From: an uncultured candidatus Porisulfidus sp. | GTDB taxonomy: Bacteria > Pseudomonadota > Gammaproteobacteria > Poriferisulfidales > Oxydemutatoraceae | Assembly (NCBI GenBank): GCA_965215125.1 | Contig: OZ244052.1 | Location: forward strand, 2,112,001-2,176,000 | Length of the DNA: 64,000 nucleotides | Direction of reading: 5' to 3' | Part shown: positions 1-15,000 of the stretch, piece by piece | How the letters are laid out: each line of letters starts with the position of its first letter | Position numbering within the stretch: position 1 is the stretch's first letter | The notes under the pieces: model-generated | The model's database searches: none | What the model was told of the DNA's origin: nothing | The model's input: the letters and a program-made list of their open reading frames with translations, nothing else | Program-made: the position numbers and the translations under genes

Positions 1-3000
1 CGTGGCGGCAGGGGCTTTGCCGACCTTAAAGCACCCACTGCGCCCGCTACGAATGCATCCGAAGTCTATTACCGATGGAGTACCGACGATTGGGATTTCG
101 GCACCAACACCGAATACCCGGTACTCGAGCCCTCTGTCCGTATAGAGACTATAGCTGTCAACGGCTACACATTGGTTCCCGCATTTAATCCGGATGCGAG
201 TAATTACTATGTAGTGGTAGGCGAGGATCCAAGCACGATTAGCATGAATGTTGCGGCAAGCGATGCCGATACCGAATTCACCGTTTCAAAAATCGACGAC
301 AATAGTTCGGTGACGATAACCGGTAGCAATGACGACATACCGATCAACCTCAACGCCGCCCCCGCCACGACCGTGCTGAGCGTTGCCAATACCTATACGG
401 TGAGAATCATTCGCAGTCTCAACGCGCAGATGACGATCAATGTGCCGAGTAAAGGAGTGGAAGAGGGTCAAAACATTCGCTTAAGTGTCGATAACAACAT
501 CGAAAATCTTGTTCCCTTAATTTATACATGGAAGCAAATCTCCCCGAACAGCCCGTTATTGATGGGAGGTATAGATACCGGCATCACCGTAGCGCAACCG
601 GAATTTAACATCGAGATACCCGGTAATTTCGTGCCGTCGGGACAAATCGCGCATGAACTACTACTGAGTGTAACGATAAGCGATGGATTCGGCAATACCG
701 CCGTAGCATCCGAAAAGCTGGCTGTTATTAAGCTAAACAACGGCACTGCCGACAGCTTACCCCGTTTAGGGTTTATAGCAGATACCTCGATATTGCAATC
801 ACCCGATGCCTTACAAATCATCGCCGCAGATCCGGACGGCGAAGCACTAAGCGATGCCGCTCAAAATCTTTTGTATCAATGGCAATTCAACGAAACGGGA
901 ATCAGCGACTGGACCGACATAGACGACGCAAACGGTGCTGTTTTAGATATCGGCAAGCACGATGCACCGCATGCCCGTTATCGCCTGCGTATAAATTACC
1001 GAGACGGGCAGGGCTACGGTGATAGGCTGATATCGGCACCGACGATACCGATCGTCGATAAAGACCGCGACGGCTTGATAGAGATTTACTATTTGGAAGA
1101 CTTGAACGCAATCCGCTTTCAGGTAAACGGTAGCGGTTATAGAGCGAGTGCCGAGGATAAAAAAATAACCGGCGGCTGCCCCGATGCCGGCTGTATCGGC
1201 TACGAATTGGCACTAGACTTGGATTTTGAAGACGACAACAGCTATCGCAACCTCGCAAACAAAGCCGGATGGACGGTGTCCGACTTCAGCAATATACTCG
1301 ATAGAGGCTGGACGAACATATATCAAGGTACCATCGGATTCCCAAGCATCTTTGAAGGCAACGGCCACACCCTCTACAATCTACAAATGAATGTTACCGG
1401 CGGAACTACCGGTGTAAGTTTATTTGCTAATAATTCAGGTGTGATACGCAATTTCGGCATAGAAGATCTAAAGATAGGAGGTTTGGGAACAGCTCCCAGT
1501 ATTGCCGGTTTATCGGGGGATAATACCGGGAAGATTATTAATTGCTATGTACGAGGCGAAATCAACACCGGAAATGTTAATGTATTGGGTGGTCTTTCCG
1601 GAGGTAACACGGGGGGCGGAGAGATTATTAACAGCCATGCATCGCTGAATATTGTCTCTTCCGGGAATCATCGTTCTATATTAGGACGCGGTATCTTGGT
1701 CGGATATGCAGAAAGAAGTCGTATTATTAACAGCTATGCGACCGGCAAGCTCACCATAACCCGTCATACGGGTACCGGCGGCCTGGTCGGGACGGCTTTT
1801 AATAATTCGGAGATTATCAACAGTTATGCGATTGTGGATATTGTTTCAACCGCCGAAGTAACCGATAGTATAGGAGCATTAGTCGGAAGATTAAGAGGCA
1901 ATAACAACAAAATTATCAATAGCTATGCGATGGGTTCCGTCACATATATCGGTAATCTTGCGACCAATATCGGCGGTCTCGTCGGTTTCGTGGAAGGTAA
2001 TGGCACTATTCGCAACAGCTATTCGGTTGCCGAGGTCGTAACGAATTCAAGGTCTGCCACTACCGGAGGATTGATCGGTAGAAATAATTCCAATATGCCG
2101 ATCGTATCGAGCTATTGGGACACCATGACGAGCGGGCAGGCCGGCGGGCAGCCGGTGAACCGATTCGGCAGAGGCAAACCAACGACCGAGATGCAGCGAG
2201 GTAGCGCACAAAGTACCGATGCCAACGGAGTCTACCACAACTGGAACAATGAGAATTGGGATTTCGGTACCGCCCGGCAATACCCGGTTCTCAAATATAT
2301 CCCGCACCCCGCCCTAAGTGGCGAACCAACTTGCGATGCACCGGGATTGCCCGACTGCGGCACGCTCATCTCGCCGGCACTTCGCTACGGTTTAGAAAAC
2401 TTAGAAGCGGATATCGGAACTTTGAATCCCCCGTTCATTGCCGGAGGCTATTATTTAGGTGATGTTGAGATAGCCGATTTATCTACTCGGAGGATCCGCT
2501 TGATTGCCACCACCGTTGAAGACGATGCCGTCGTCAATATCTATGCTGCAGACGGTCAAACGCTATTGCAATCCGGTTTGCTCGGCGGTGAGCCCAGCAT
2601 GGCGTTTACATTCGCCGATGCCGAACCGACACGCCGTTTCGTGTTGGAAGTCAAAGGTAGCCGAACGATACGCCAGTCCGTTGCACTCACCCGTGTTGTT
2701 GCTCCGACACCGCCCGAGGTTTCCGGAGTAAAGGGATGTTCGGAATTAGCCGATTTCGCACAAGTCAGCTATTTGGAAGAGCTCAATGAGGTAAGAAATA
2801 ACCTAAGAGGCAAATATTGCTTGACCAGAAATTTGGATTTTCAAGACGATGCGAGCTATCTCGATCTGGACAACCGACAGACATGGACGGTGGATAATTT
2901 CGGCAACTCCGGCGATATCGGCTGGCAACCGATAGGGGGTGCTTTCAATGGCGTCTTCGACGGCAACGGTTATACGATCCGCAATCTGCAAATCAACCGG

Positions 3001-6000
3001 GATAATATCAGTCGCGTCGGCTTATTCAACGCTATAGGTACCGGCGGCACGGTTAGAAATCTGATCCTCGGAAATATTAGGGTTGAAGCGCATAGAACCG
3101 CAGTGCTATGGGCCGGCGGTCTGGCAGGTGATAACAACGGTACGATATTGAATAGCGGCATCATCGGTGGCAAGGTCGAAGGGGACGGCAGTGCTTCGGG
3201 ACAACCTAATTTCATAGGTGGCTTGGTTGGTAGGAATAACGGTGCCGGCGTTAACATCGGAGACATCTATAATAGTTTCGTGGTAGATACCGTAGTCGGC
3301 GTGATAACCGGCACCAACCCCGACAGTCATAACGTGGGTGGCTTGGTCGGCAGAAATATAAACGGTGGGGAGGTTCACAACAGCTATGCCGAGGTGGTCG
3401 CAAGAGGTTATTGCCATGTAGGCGGTTTGGTCGGTAATCAATTTACCAGTAATCGTGGTAATGCGGATACGATCAGTACGATTAGAAACAGCTATGCGGA
3501 TGTCACTTTAACAGCATTGAGCGGAACCTGTAGAATTGGTGAGGCGCGTGCTAAGTTGGTTGGTTTTAATAATGCTTCGGACATAATCAATAGTTATGCG
3601 AGAGGCACACCGGTAGGTACCGGTCTAATCGGTGGCCGCGTGGGTACTTTTGACATAACCAGAAGCTATTGGGATAGCGGGCCTTCTAATCTAGGAAATC
3701 TGAGTAGGTCGTCCGCGCAACTACGCTCACCGATCGGCCCGAATGCGACGAGCCCCGAGCTGTACACAAACTGGAGTACCGCCGATTGGGATTTCGGCAC
3801 CGATACGCAATACCCGATCCTAAAACATGCCTCGGGCCGCAACAACAATGCGTGTGGCAGCACAGTTACACCGGCTTGCGGCACGCTGATCTCGCCGCAA
3901 CAACGCTACGGTTTGAGTAGTCTTGTGTTGGCGGGTGCCGACACCTTATCTCCGGCGTTCGATCCCAATCTTCTGAAATACTCCGCTACCGTGACCAACG
4001 ACGACGACGGTATCATAAGATTGACTCCGACTATCAAAGGCACCGATGCCGTGTTCAGAGTTTACATCGACGACGACAAAGAACGGCCGAGATTCGATTT
4101 GAAAAATGGCGATTCTTCCAATGATATAACTTTAGTCCACGGCAACAACCGCATTATCGTGGAAGTGGACCCGCGAGTCTCCGGGGTTGAGGCATTCAGA
4201 TACACACTGGATTTGTATTCCCTAAGATACGGCGTGGAGGATTTGTACTCGTCGCGTATAAAGGACTCTCGCTCGTCTTTTATAGAGATAGATTCGCTGG
4301 AAGATCTCCATGCGATACGCGATAACCTCGGCGGTTCCTACAGATTGACCAGAGATTTGGATTTTCGCAACGACGCAAGCTACGACAACCCGACAATGAA
4401 TAAAGCCGCATGGACGGTAGACGATTTTGCCGACTCCGCCGATACCGGTTGGCAGCCGATAGGTGATACTTTCACCGGTACCTTTGACGGCAACGGTTAT
4501 ACGATATCCAACTTGCAGATGAATAGAGCTGCCGATAATCAAGGTTTATTTGCAAGTATCGGCAGTACCGGTGTCGTACGCAACCTAGGTCTCATCGGTG
4601 TAAATATAAATGGTGGTAGTTCCAACTCTATCGGTAGTTTGGTCGGCAACAATCGTGGTACTATCATCGCTAGCTATGCAGCCGGCAAAGTTTCCGGATC
4701 TCTTAGAGTCGGTGGCTTGGTCGGTAATCATATTGAAGGTTTGATTGCCAACAGCTACGCTGCCGTTAATGTTAGCGGTAGCCAATTTATCGGAGGATTG
4801 GTCGGTCGGAATACCGCACGTATCCTCAACAGTTATGCAATCGGCAAAGTTTCAGGATCCTCTAATTTCCATGGCTTGGTCGGTGTAAGATCCGTAGGCA
4901 GCAGCATTATCAATAGTGCAAGTGGTGCGGGTTCCATCGGCGCAACCTTTTCATATATCCAAAATTCCGTCGTCGGAAGCACGCTGACCTGCGGTGCTAT
5001 CGGTTTGCCGAACTGCGAAGATCCAATTGCACCGCAACTTCGCCACGGTCTACGAAATTTAACTCTAGAAACCGGTCGGATGTCGCCTGCGTTTAGAGTA
5101 AACCTTCCCCAATATGTAGGTGCCGTGAATGCCGAGGACAATGCGATTCGCCTGATACCGACCGCCCGCGACCCCGATGCCGACATCACTATCTATTTAA
5201 TAACCGATCAAGGCAGAACACAAATCGGCAATATAATCGGTAGCGGTGATACCGCTGCACCGATCCTGATAATGCACGACTCGGTCGCTCGTGTCGTCAT
5301 TGAAGTGGATCCGAGTACCGCCGATGCGCCGGTCGTACAATATCTGTTGCATCTACGACTCCTGCCGCCTACCGACATAGAGAATCTAGAAGACCTTTAC
5401 GCGATACGAGATAACCCCGACGGTATTTACAGATTGGCTAGACATCTAGATTTTCTGGATGCTGCCAGTTATCGCTCGGGGGTGGTCGGCACCGCATGGA
5501 CAGTGGACGATTTTGACAACTCCGCCGATACCGGTTGGCTTCCGATAGGCGATACTTTCAACGGTATCTTTGACGGCAACGGTTATACGATCCGCAATCT
5601 ACAAATCAACCGAGATAATACCGATCGCGTAGGCTTATTCGGAACTGTAGGAGCGGATGGCACGATTAAAAATCTAATCCTGAGAGATATTAGGGTTGAA
5701 GCACATAGAACCGGCGAGTTATATGCAGGTGGTTTGGTAGGTGATAACAACGGTATGATATTGAATAGCGGAGTTATCGGAGCCCAGGTTGAAGGAGCAG
5801 GCAGTGTTTCGGGAGAATCTAATTTGATAGGTGGCTTGGTCGGTAGAAATGACGGTAGTATTGCTAACATCGGAGATATCTATAACAGTTTTGTAGTAGA
5901 TGCCGAAGTCGGTGTTATAGAGGGAACCGCTCCCGACAGTCATAGCGTGGGTGGCTTGGTCGGTGGAAATATACACGGTGGAGAGATCCATAACAGCCAT

Positions 6001-9000
6001 ACCGAAGGAACCGTAAATGGTCATTGTCACTTAGGCGGTTTGGTCGGCAATCAATTTACCGCCGATCGTAGCGATGCGGACAGAATTAGTACGATTGAAA
6101 ACAGCTATGCGAATGTTACCTTAACACAACCGAGCGGAACCTGTAGAATTACCTTTGCGAGAGGTAAGTTAATTGGTTTGAATGATCGTTCGGACATAGC
6201 CAATAGTTATGCTAGGGGCTTACCGGGGAACGTAGGGCTAATTGGTTTGAGCATGAACGGTGGCACTTTATCCGACAGCTACTGGGATGCCGGGACTTCT
6301 AGTCAAGGAGGTATAAGCAGGACATCCACGCAACTCCAATCGCCGACCGATGCCCGTGGTATTTATGGGAATTGGAGTGCCGACAACTGGTATTTCGGCA
6401 CCGCAACCGAATATCCGACCCTCAAATATACACAAAATCCCGACGACCGCGGTTCACCGGCTTGCGACGGTGCCGGTTTGCCCGCTTGCGGTGATCGAAT
6501 CGTGCCACGGCTTCGTTATGTTTCGCTACGGGATTTAACCGTAGTAGACGGTGAATTGTTCCCCGTCTTCGATGCCGCCGACTACAGTTATTCGGGTATC
6601 GTAGCCTCCTCTGACGCTGTAATTCGCTTAAGCCCGGTTGCAAACGATCTCGCCGCCGAGATCAAGATCTATCTGGTAGACCGCACAGACAGAATGCAAC
6701 TCGGCAGGGTGATCGGTAGCGGCGACACCAGCGACCCGATTCGCTTAAACCGGTACAACAGCAATCATATCATCGTCGAAATAAGACCGAGTGCTTCCGG
6801 CGTGCCGGCTGTGGAATATCCGCTGTATTTGCAATACCGTCGTGCAAGTGAGATAGAATCACTGGAAGATCTCTATGCGATACGCAACAACCTCAACGGT
6901 GCCTACAGACTAAGCAAAAATCTAGATTTTGATGACGATGCGAGTTATCGCTTCCCGGAGTTCAAAGCCAACTGGACGGTGGACAATTATAACGATGCCG
7001 CCGATCTCGGCTGGATACCGATAGGCGATGAAACAAAGCCGTTTACCGGTAGTTTTGACGGCAACGGCTATACGATTTCCAATCTGCAAATCAATAACAA
7101 CGACGAAAGTATATACAAAGGCTTGTTTGGAGTCGTCGGCAGATCGGCGACGGTTCGCAATCTCGGCTTATTGGATGCCGAAATAGAAGTCATACAAGTT
7201 CGCGAGGGAGAAGATCTCTTTGTAAATCCCGGTGTCGGTGTCGGCACTTTGACGGGTAAGAATGACGGCACCGTCATCGACAGTTATGCGCACGGTGTAA
7301 TTCGCGGTGATGTAGGCCTGGGCGGGTTGGTTGGTTTCAACAGCCGCAGCGGCGAAATTCTCAATAGCTACGCGGTGTGTACTATTACGGCACGAGGTGT
7401 CGATATCGGTGGTTTAGTCGGCTATAGCGAAGGTCGTATAGGTAATAGCTATGCGGCGGGCATAATCACCGGCAGTTCCTTTAGGGTCGGTGGCTTGCTT
7501 GGTGTAGGACTCTCGGCTTCGGTTCTCTACAACAGTTATGCGGATAGTTTTATTTCAAGTATAGGTTCGGTCGGCGGCTTGATCGGCTTCGATGAAGAAG
7601 GAGGTGCCAGAGATGTTTATGCCTCCGGTATAGTTTCCGGAATTAGGGACGATACCGGTGGATTAGTGGGGGTTAGTGAAGCCGGTCGCTATATCAATAG
7701 TTACAGTATCAGCGAGGTTGCAGGCGGTGTCGAAGATGGCACAAACATCTCTCTCGAAGGTGGCTTGTTTTCTCGTACTAATCGTGCCACGATAGAAAAT
7801 AGCTACTTCGCTGATTCGTCTTTACCTATCGTAGTAGATTCACCTGAAGTTAACTTACGAAACATCAATTCCTCGGTATTCACCCCGGCCGAGTTGCGAG
7901 CCGCTACGGCTCAATCCACAAATGCAAGCGATGTTTATTACCGATGGAGCGATGATAACTGGGATTTCGGCGATACCACCCAATACCCGGTCCTCAGATA
8001 TGCTCCGAATGTCGGCGGTCGCACCACAGCGTGCGACGGCGACGGTTTGCCGAATTGCGGCGATGTGATACCGCGCCGTGCGTTAAGTGCATTGCGCATA
8101 GTGGACGGTAAAGGTCGCTTTGATTCATTTGTTTTTGACCCTCGCTATCGGTTCCATAGCGGTGTGATAGAAAGCAGTACCGATATGACACAACTGGTTG
8201 CGGTTGCCGCAAGCACCGATGCCCGAATTACCTTCGTCTCCTTTGACACATCGGGCAACGAGACCGGGCGTAGTACACCGATGCGTAGCGGTCGCGAAGG
8301 CGTGCTTAGCGCAGATATTAGCTTGAGTGAAACCGAGGCGACTCACGTTGCGATAGAAGTGATCACTCCCGGCAGCGTCGATCGGTATCATTTATCGCTA
8401 CGCTATCGGCATATTCCGGTGGATCAAGACGATAATTTTTATACCAAAATCGATACGCTGGATGATCTCAATGCGATACGCAATAACCTTGACGGTTCTT
8501 ACCTATTGACCAGACATTTGGATTTCAACGACGATGCGAGCTATCGCAACCCCTCGTTCAAAAACTCTTGGACGGTGGCGGACTTTGCCGACAATGCCGA
8601 TTTCGGCTGGATACCGATAGGCAGTACCAACAACGGGTTTACCGGTACCTTTGACGGCAACGGTTATACGATCTCGGGCTTGCAAATCAACCGAGACAAC
8701 TCAAGTAATCAAGGTTTATTCGCTTTTATCGGCGACAACGGTATTGTGCGCGACCTCGGTCTGCTTGATGTGAAAATAGATGCCGGCAACACGGTCGGCG
8801 CACTGGCGGCTAACAGCCGAGGCACAATCATCGGCAGTTTTGTAGTCGGCGAGATAACTGCTAGGGGAATTTATGCAGGCGGTTTGGTCGGCTTGGCACA
8901 GTCTGCAACCGACTATATTATAAATAGTTATGCGGTGGTTAATATAGAAGCGGTCGGTAGCGGAGCCAAATCCGGTTATGGTGGCTTGGTAGGCGTTTCT

Positions 9001-12000
9001 CTGGGCGACACGAGGATTATTAACAGCTTTGCGCATGGCACAATCGTCGGCAGCATTGACGATGCGGGCGGTCTATTTGGGAGTACTTTTTTAAGTTCTA
9101 GAGTAAAAACAATCCAAAATAGCTATGCAACCGTTGATATTAGAGCGAATAACAAAGCCGGGGGACTCGTAGGATTATCCGCTGCGAATGACTCAATCGT
9201 CAATAGCTATGCGACCGGTTCGGTGCATGCCGATACGAATGTGGGAGGTGGTTTAGTCGGTTCCATAGAAGGGGACACATTCTTTAACAATGTGGTTGAT
9301 AAGAGCTATGCGATATCCGGAGTGACGGGTGGCAGCAACCTCGGTGGTTTGATCGGTGCCACTAGCGGCACCCGTGTCACCGTTGACAACAGCTATTGGG
9401 ATATCCAAACCAACAGACTGGATACGAGTGCCGGCGGCACCGGCAGAACTACGACGGAACTGCAATCGCCGATCACCAATAGCGGTATTTATTCCAGCTG
9501 GAGTACCGCCGACTGGGATTTCGGCAATGCTAGGCAATACCCGATCCTCAAATACACCCAAAATTCCGAGACCGGCGATGCTAGAGCTTGCGATGGCGAC
9601 GGTCTGCCGAACTGTGGCAATCCGATCTCACCACAAATTCGCAATGGTCTGAAAGATTTAACTCTAGCGGGTGGTGTCGAGTTATCCCCACCTTTCGGTA
9701 TTAAACATAGTAGTCTAATCGGTGGTTATTCGGGTAGCGTCAATGCCAACCCTATCCGCATAATCCCGACGGCGATGCAAGACAATGCGAACATCAACAT
9801 CTATATAGACACCGTCAACGACAAGCGTAGGCCAGACCAAAGAATTATCAAGGATGTTTTCGGTTTCAGCGATGCGATTAGTGCGCCGATCACCTTGCGC
9901 GAAGACGGCATCAACCGCATCGTCTTGGAAATCGTCGGCACCGAGACGGTGTACTATCCGCTCTATATACGCTACATAGGCGACAGTATGTCGGCGACGG
10001 ACCGCAACGGAGACGGTTTCATCGATATCTATTATTTGGAGCATCTCGCTGAGATAAGAAATAATTTAGGCGGTACATATAAGTTAATGCGCGATCTAGA
10101 TTTTGAGGATCCGGACAGCTACCTTGCCGGTGCAATCAATCGCCAATGGGTTGTGCGAGACTTCGGTAATACAACCGATACCGGTTGGACACCGATAGGC
10201 AGTCATACCGGACGATTTAACGGCACCTTTGACGGCAACGGTTTTGTAATATCCAATTTGCAGATCAATAGGGACGATACGAATGATCAGGGTCTGTTCG
10301 GCAATATAGATAGCAACGCTGTCGTAAGCGACCTCGGTTTGAGCGACCTAACTATAGAGGGTGATCAGTACCTCGGTGCCTTCGGCGGTACAAACCGAGG
10401 CATCATCATCGGGAGCCATGCGACCGGCAGTGTCAAAGGAAACCAATATGTCGGCGGTTTGGTAGGCGATAATCTTGAGGCAGCTCGGATTATCAACAGC
10501 TATGCTGCCGTTAATGTCGGGGGCGAATCGACTGTCGGAGGATTGGTTGCTCGTAGTGATGCTCTCATCATCAACAGTTATGCGACCGGCACCGTCTCGG
10601 GTGAGCGATCGCTCGGTGGCTTGGTCGGCTTACAACGAAATGGTCAAATCGGAAATAGTTATGCAACCGGTGATGTGAGTACCGGCGTAGTCAACGAAGG
10701 CAATAATACATTTGAATTCGTAGGCGGTTTGGTAGGTCTAAAGGATGTCAACGGCGAAATTAGAGACAGTTATGCCACCGGGTCGGTCGGCGGTGTAAAT
10801 ACAGCTAGAGTGGGCGGCCTCGCCGGTAGATCAGCCGGCAACACAGCAAGAATTAGCAATAGTTATGCGACCGGTAGCGTGGTTGGCAGCGGAGGATCAC
10901 AAGGTGGTTTAGTCGGAGAAGGGGCGTCAATAACTGTCCGCGACGGCTATTGGAATAACCAAACCAGTGGGTTGGATGCCAGTGCCGCCGGCACCGGAAA
11001 AACTACGATGGAACTGCAATTGCCGACCATGGCTACCGGTATTTATGCGAATTGGAGCATCGATAACTGGGATTTCGGTAGCAGTATAGAATACCCGATA
11101 CTCAAATACATCCGAAATCCCGACAGCAACGGTCGGCGGATTTGCAACGGCAACGGTCTGCCGAACTGCGGTGATCTAATCGGAGGACAAATCCGCGACG
11201 GCCGATTACCGATAGATCGCGACGCAAACGGGTTCACCGAAATCTATTATCTGGATAACCTTCATGCCATCGGTACTAGCACCTCCACTTTAGCGGGTCG
11301 ATACGAATTGATGCGCGACCTCAATTTTGACGATCCGAGCAGCTACTTTGCAGGTGAAATAAACCGCGACTGGGTCGTAGTAGACTTCGCTAATACGACC
11401 GATACCGGTTGGCTGCCGATAGGCGGCATAACAACCCCGTTCACCGGCGAGTTTAACGGCAACGGCTACACAATCGAGCGTCTACAGATCAACCGAAGCG
11501 GTCAAAATAATCAAGGCTTATTCGGTGTGATCGACAGTAGCGGTGTCGTACGCAATCTGGGTCTGTCGAATTTGAGGGTAGCAGCCGGTTCGCGGATCGG
11601 TGGTATAGCCGGCACTCTTCGCGGTAAAATTGTCAACAGTTATGCGACCGGAGCGGTGTCCGGTGTCGGTGATGTCGGTGGTATCGTCGGGGTCGCTGCC
11701 GGCACCGGCGTTATCGTCAATAGCCGTAGCGGTATTCGGTTGTCGGCAACCGGAATAAATGCCGGTGGCATGCTCGGTAGATGCAACAACGGTTGCACGA
11801 TATTGAACAGTTTTGCGGTCGGTTCGGTTGCGGGGATCGGTACGAACGAGGACAACATCGGAGGCTTTGTCGGTAGGGCGGAAGCTACATCTAACATCGG
11901 CAACAACTATGCGTGGGTCGATGTGAGTGGTGGGCCGTTTCAAACTTTATTAAAAGTTAATGCCAACGGCGGATTTTTTGGTGCGTTATCCATTAACAAC

Positions 12001-15000
12001 AATAATGTATCGGTAAATGCCAATTATTCAATCGGGCCGTCGAGCCTCGCTTATGCCGGTCGTCAAAGGAGTATAGTAGCAACTATTAATATTGCCAGAG
12101 CGAATTATTATAATTCAGATACTGTTGAACCAAATTCAGCACCTTCGCCGCAAGTATTCGCAGGCAGAACGATGCGACAACTGCGTACACCGACCGAAGC
12201 CGGTAGAAACTCGGGTCAGATTTATTACCGTTGGAGTCCTGCCGATTGGGATTTCGGCACTGAGATGCAATACCCGCTTCTCAAATATACCGCAGCGACC
12301 GATGTGCTGGGTCGCTCGGCGTGTCGCAGTGCCGGAGATGCCCCATCGCGCCTGCCGATGTGCGGCACCCTGATTGCCCCCAAAACACGTTACGGCTTAA
12401 GCGCACTCACCGCTCGCTATGCACAACTCACCACACCCTTCGACGACGCATTATCGGATATCGGCGGTGCTTATTACACCACGGTGCTCAACGATGTGCC
12501 GCGCATGCGACTGGTTGCCACGACACGCGAAGCAACCGCCACCTATAGCGTCTATATCGGCGGTGTCCGAACACCCGAGAATATGGATATTGAAAACGGT
12601 GCTATCAGTGGCGAGATTGTGCTGGCCGCCGACGGCACCACCGAAGTCGTCATTGTGGTTCACGGCACTCGCACGGTGCGCTATACGCTCTATTTGGATT
12701 ACCGGTTTGAGACATCGATAGATGCCGACAACGATGGCTTGGTAGACCTTCATTATCTGGAAGATGTGGCAATGGTACATCTCAATTACCAAAGAGAGAT
12801 AGGTTATAGAAGAGGAGGTGAACTCAACACTTTAGGCTGTCCGAATGGTGTATGCCGTGGCTACGAGTTGATGCGAGACTTGGATTTCAACGACCCTGCC
12901 AGCTACCGAGACCCGGCCCGAAACGGTGTTATGCGTCGCTGGACCGGGCAAGGCTGGGATTCGCCTAACTTATCTAATGCCGTATTCAAAGGCAACGGCT
13001 ATGAGATATCCAATCTGAAAGTGACCGCCAATATAAGCAGAAACGATGCATTTTTCCATCTAGCCTTCGGCACCGATATAGACGGCTTGGGTTTAGTGAA
13101 TGTGGATATCAGTGCCGATAATGCCGCCGACCCACATAGCGTAGAGCTGGCGGGACTAGTTGGCACATTCGTCAACCAAATAGACAACCGCGGCACAATC
13201 CGCAATAGTTATGTGATCGGCGATATAAGAGGAGCAGGGTCGGCAAATATATCCGGTCTTACATATCGAGCAGTGGGGTATTCGGTAAGTAACAGCTACT
13301 TTATCGGCACGCTGAGATTACTGGGAAATAACAGGCGAGATAATGTTATCGTTAGTGCAAATGGACTGGTAACTTCTAGTGCAGGTTTCTCTTCCGATTC
13401 ACTCGGAAACAGCCGTGCGATCGGAAGAATCGAAACCGCGATCGAAAATGAACTTATAGATACGGCGATGTTAGGAGTGGACTCTACACGAAGTTTGAAC
13501 ATCGGCAATAGCTATGCCTCTATGCTGATGACTAGAGCGGGCGTGGCGCAAGGAAACCTGAGTAATAGCCTAGCGCGTATAACGAACAGCTATTTTGATC
13601 GCGACATTGCGAGGGTTGATGTGCCGGCAAGTCGAGCGAGCAGCGGTGCCGAGTTGCGGGCGACGACGATGACCGGTATTTTTGCCGATTGGGATGCCGA
13701 CGATTGGGATTTCGGTGGTGCCGGTCAATCTCCGGTGATCAAGTACAATTCCGATGAATGTCAACGCGCACGACACGACAACCCGTTGTGCGGCAAGATA
13801 CTCCCGCATCAGGGGAGCTTGATGGAGCGTTTTGAGCTACTCGGCAATGCCGGTCTCAGCCGACCTTTTGATTTTGCGATATTCAACGATTATGAGATTG
13901 TGGTCGGTGCCGACCAACAAGGTCTACGCTTTGTTGCCGAGGCTTTTGCTCCGAATGCCGATATTGTGGTCTATAAAACGACCACCGATGCCGAGGTGGT
14001 CAGAGTAAAGAGCGGTGCTGATACACCGCCGATTGCATTGAACACCGTCGGTGATACGCTATTGGATGTGGTCGTAGAAGAGGGCGAGGATCGCAAATCG
14101 TTCCGCTACCGCTTCAATGTTTCGCGCCTGAATGAGCGGATAGACCTCGCCGCAGTAGACGGCGACGACGGTTTCATAGATATTGCCACCCCCGAACAGT
14201 TGAATGCGATGCGTCATAGTTTGAACGGTAGTTTTTATAGGGCAAGCAGAAATGGTTCCCGAGTTTATTGCCGTATCGGCTGCCGCGGTTATGAGTTGAC
14301 AGCCGATATAGACTTGGCAGGAATAGACTGGCAACCTATCGGTCGCAATGGCGCGCGCTTCAATACGCATTTCAAAGGCAACGGCTATGTGATATCCAAC
14401 CTGACTATACACGACCCCGCTTTTGACGAGATAGGCATGTTTGCTTATTTGGGTGTGGATGCGAGGCTAGAAGATATCCACCTCAGAGATGCCTCTATCC
14501 GTAGTAGTAGATTTAGAAATACAATCGCTACTTTAGCAGTACGCAACTACGGTACTATATTCAATGGTCGTACCGAAAATGCCGATATTCTTGTCGGAGG
14601 TAATTTTGGTGGTGGTGCTTTGGTTTATGAAAACTTCGGTCGCATTATCAACAGCGGTGCAGTAGGCGGTATGATAAATCATCGATCCGGTGCTGCCGGC
14701 TTGGTACGTCTCAATCGCGGTACTATTAAAGATAGTTTTGCAACAATCGCCATTAACAATTTGTCGAACCGAGTTGGTTCCGGTTTAGTCTCAAGAAATT
14801 TTTCCGGCGGAGAAATAGACAATAGTTATGCACAGAGTATCATTTCCGGTAACAACGTCACTATAGCAGGTTTAGTAGATAATAACGAAGGCCTAATTAA
14901 TAATAGCTACGCAATCAATGGCCCTTTAGTGCGCACCGCATCGGGTAGCCTCGAAGTCGAAAACAGTTATTGGGATCGAGATACCGCCGCACCCGGAGCC

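Noticed and set aside
172-174. TTG at 172 as the start of the giant ORF
   Set aside because: The frame is open from base 1 and already encodes a WDFG..EYP module cap; there is no SD or signal peptide at 172.
2950-6215. Near-duplicate modules as a diversity-generating retroelement TR/VR pair
   Set aside because: The differences are not confined to adenines, both copies are in-frame coding, and there is no reverse transcriptase in the window.
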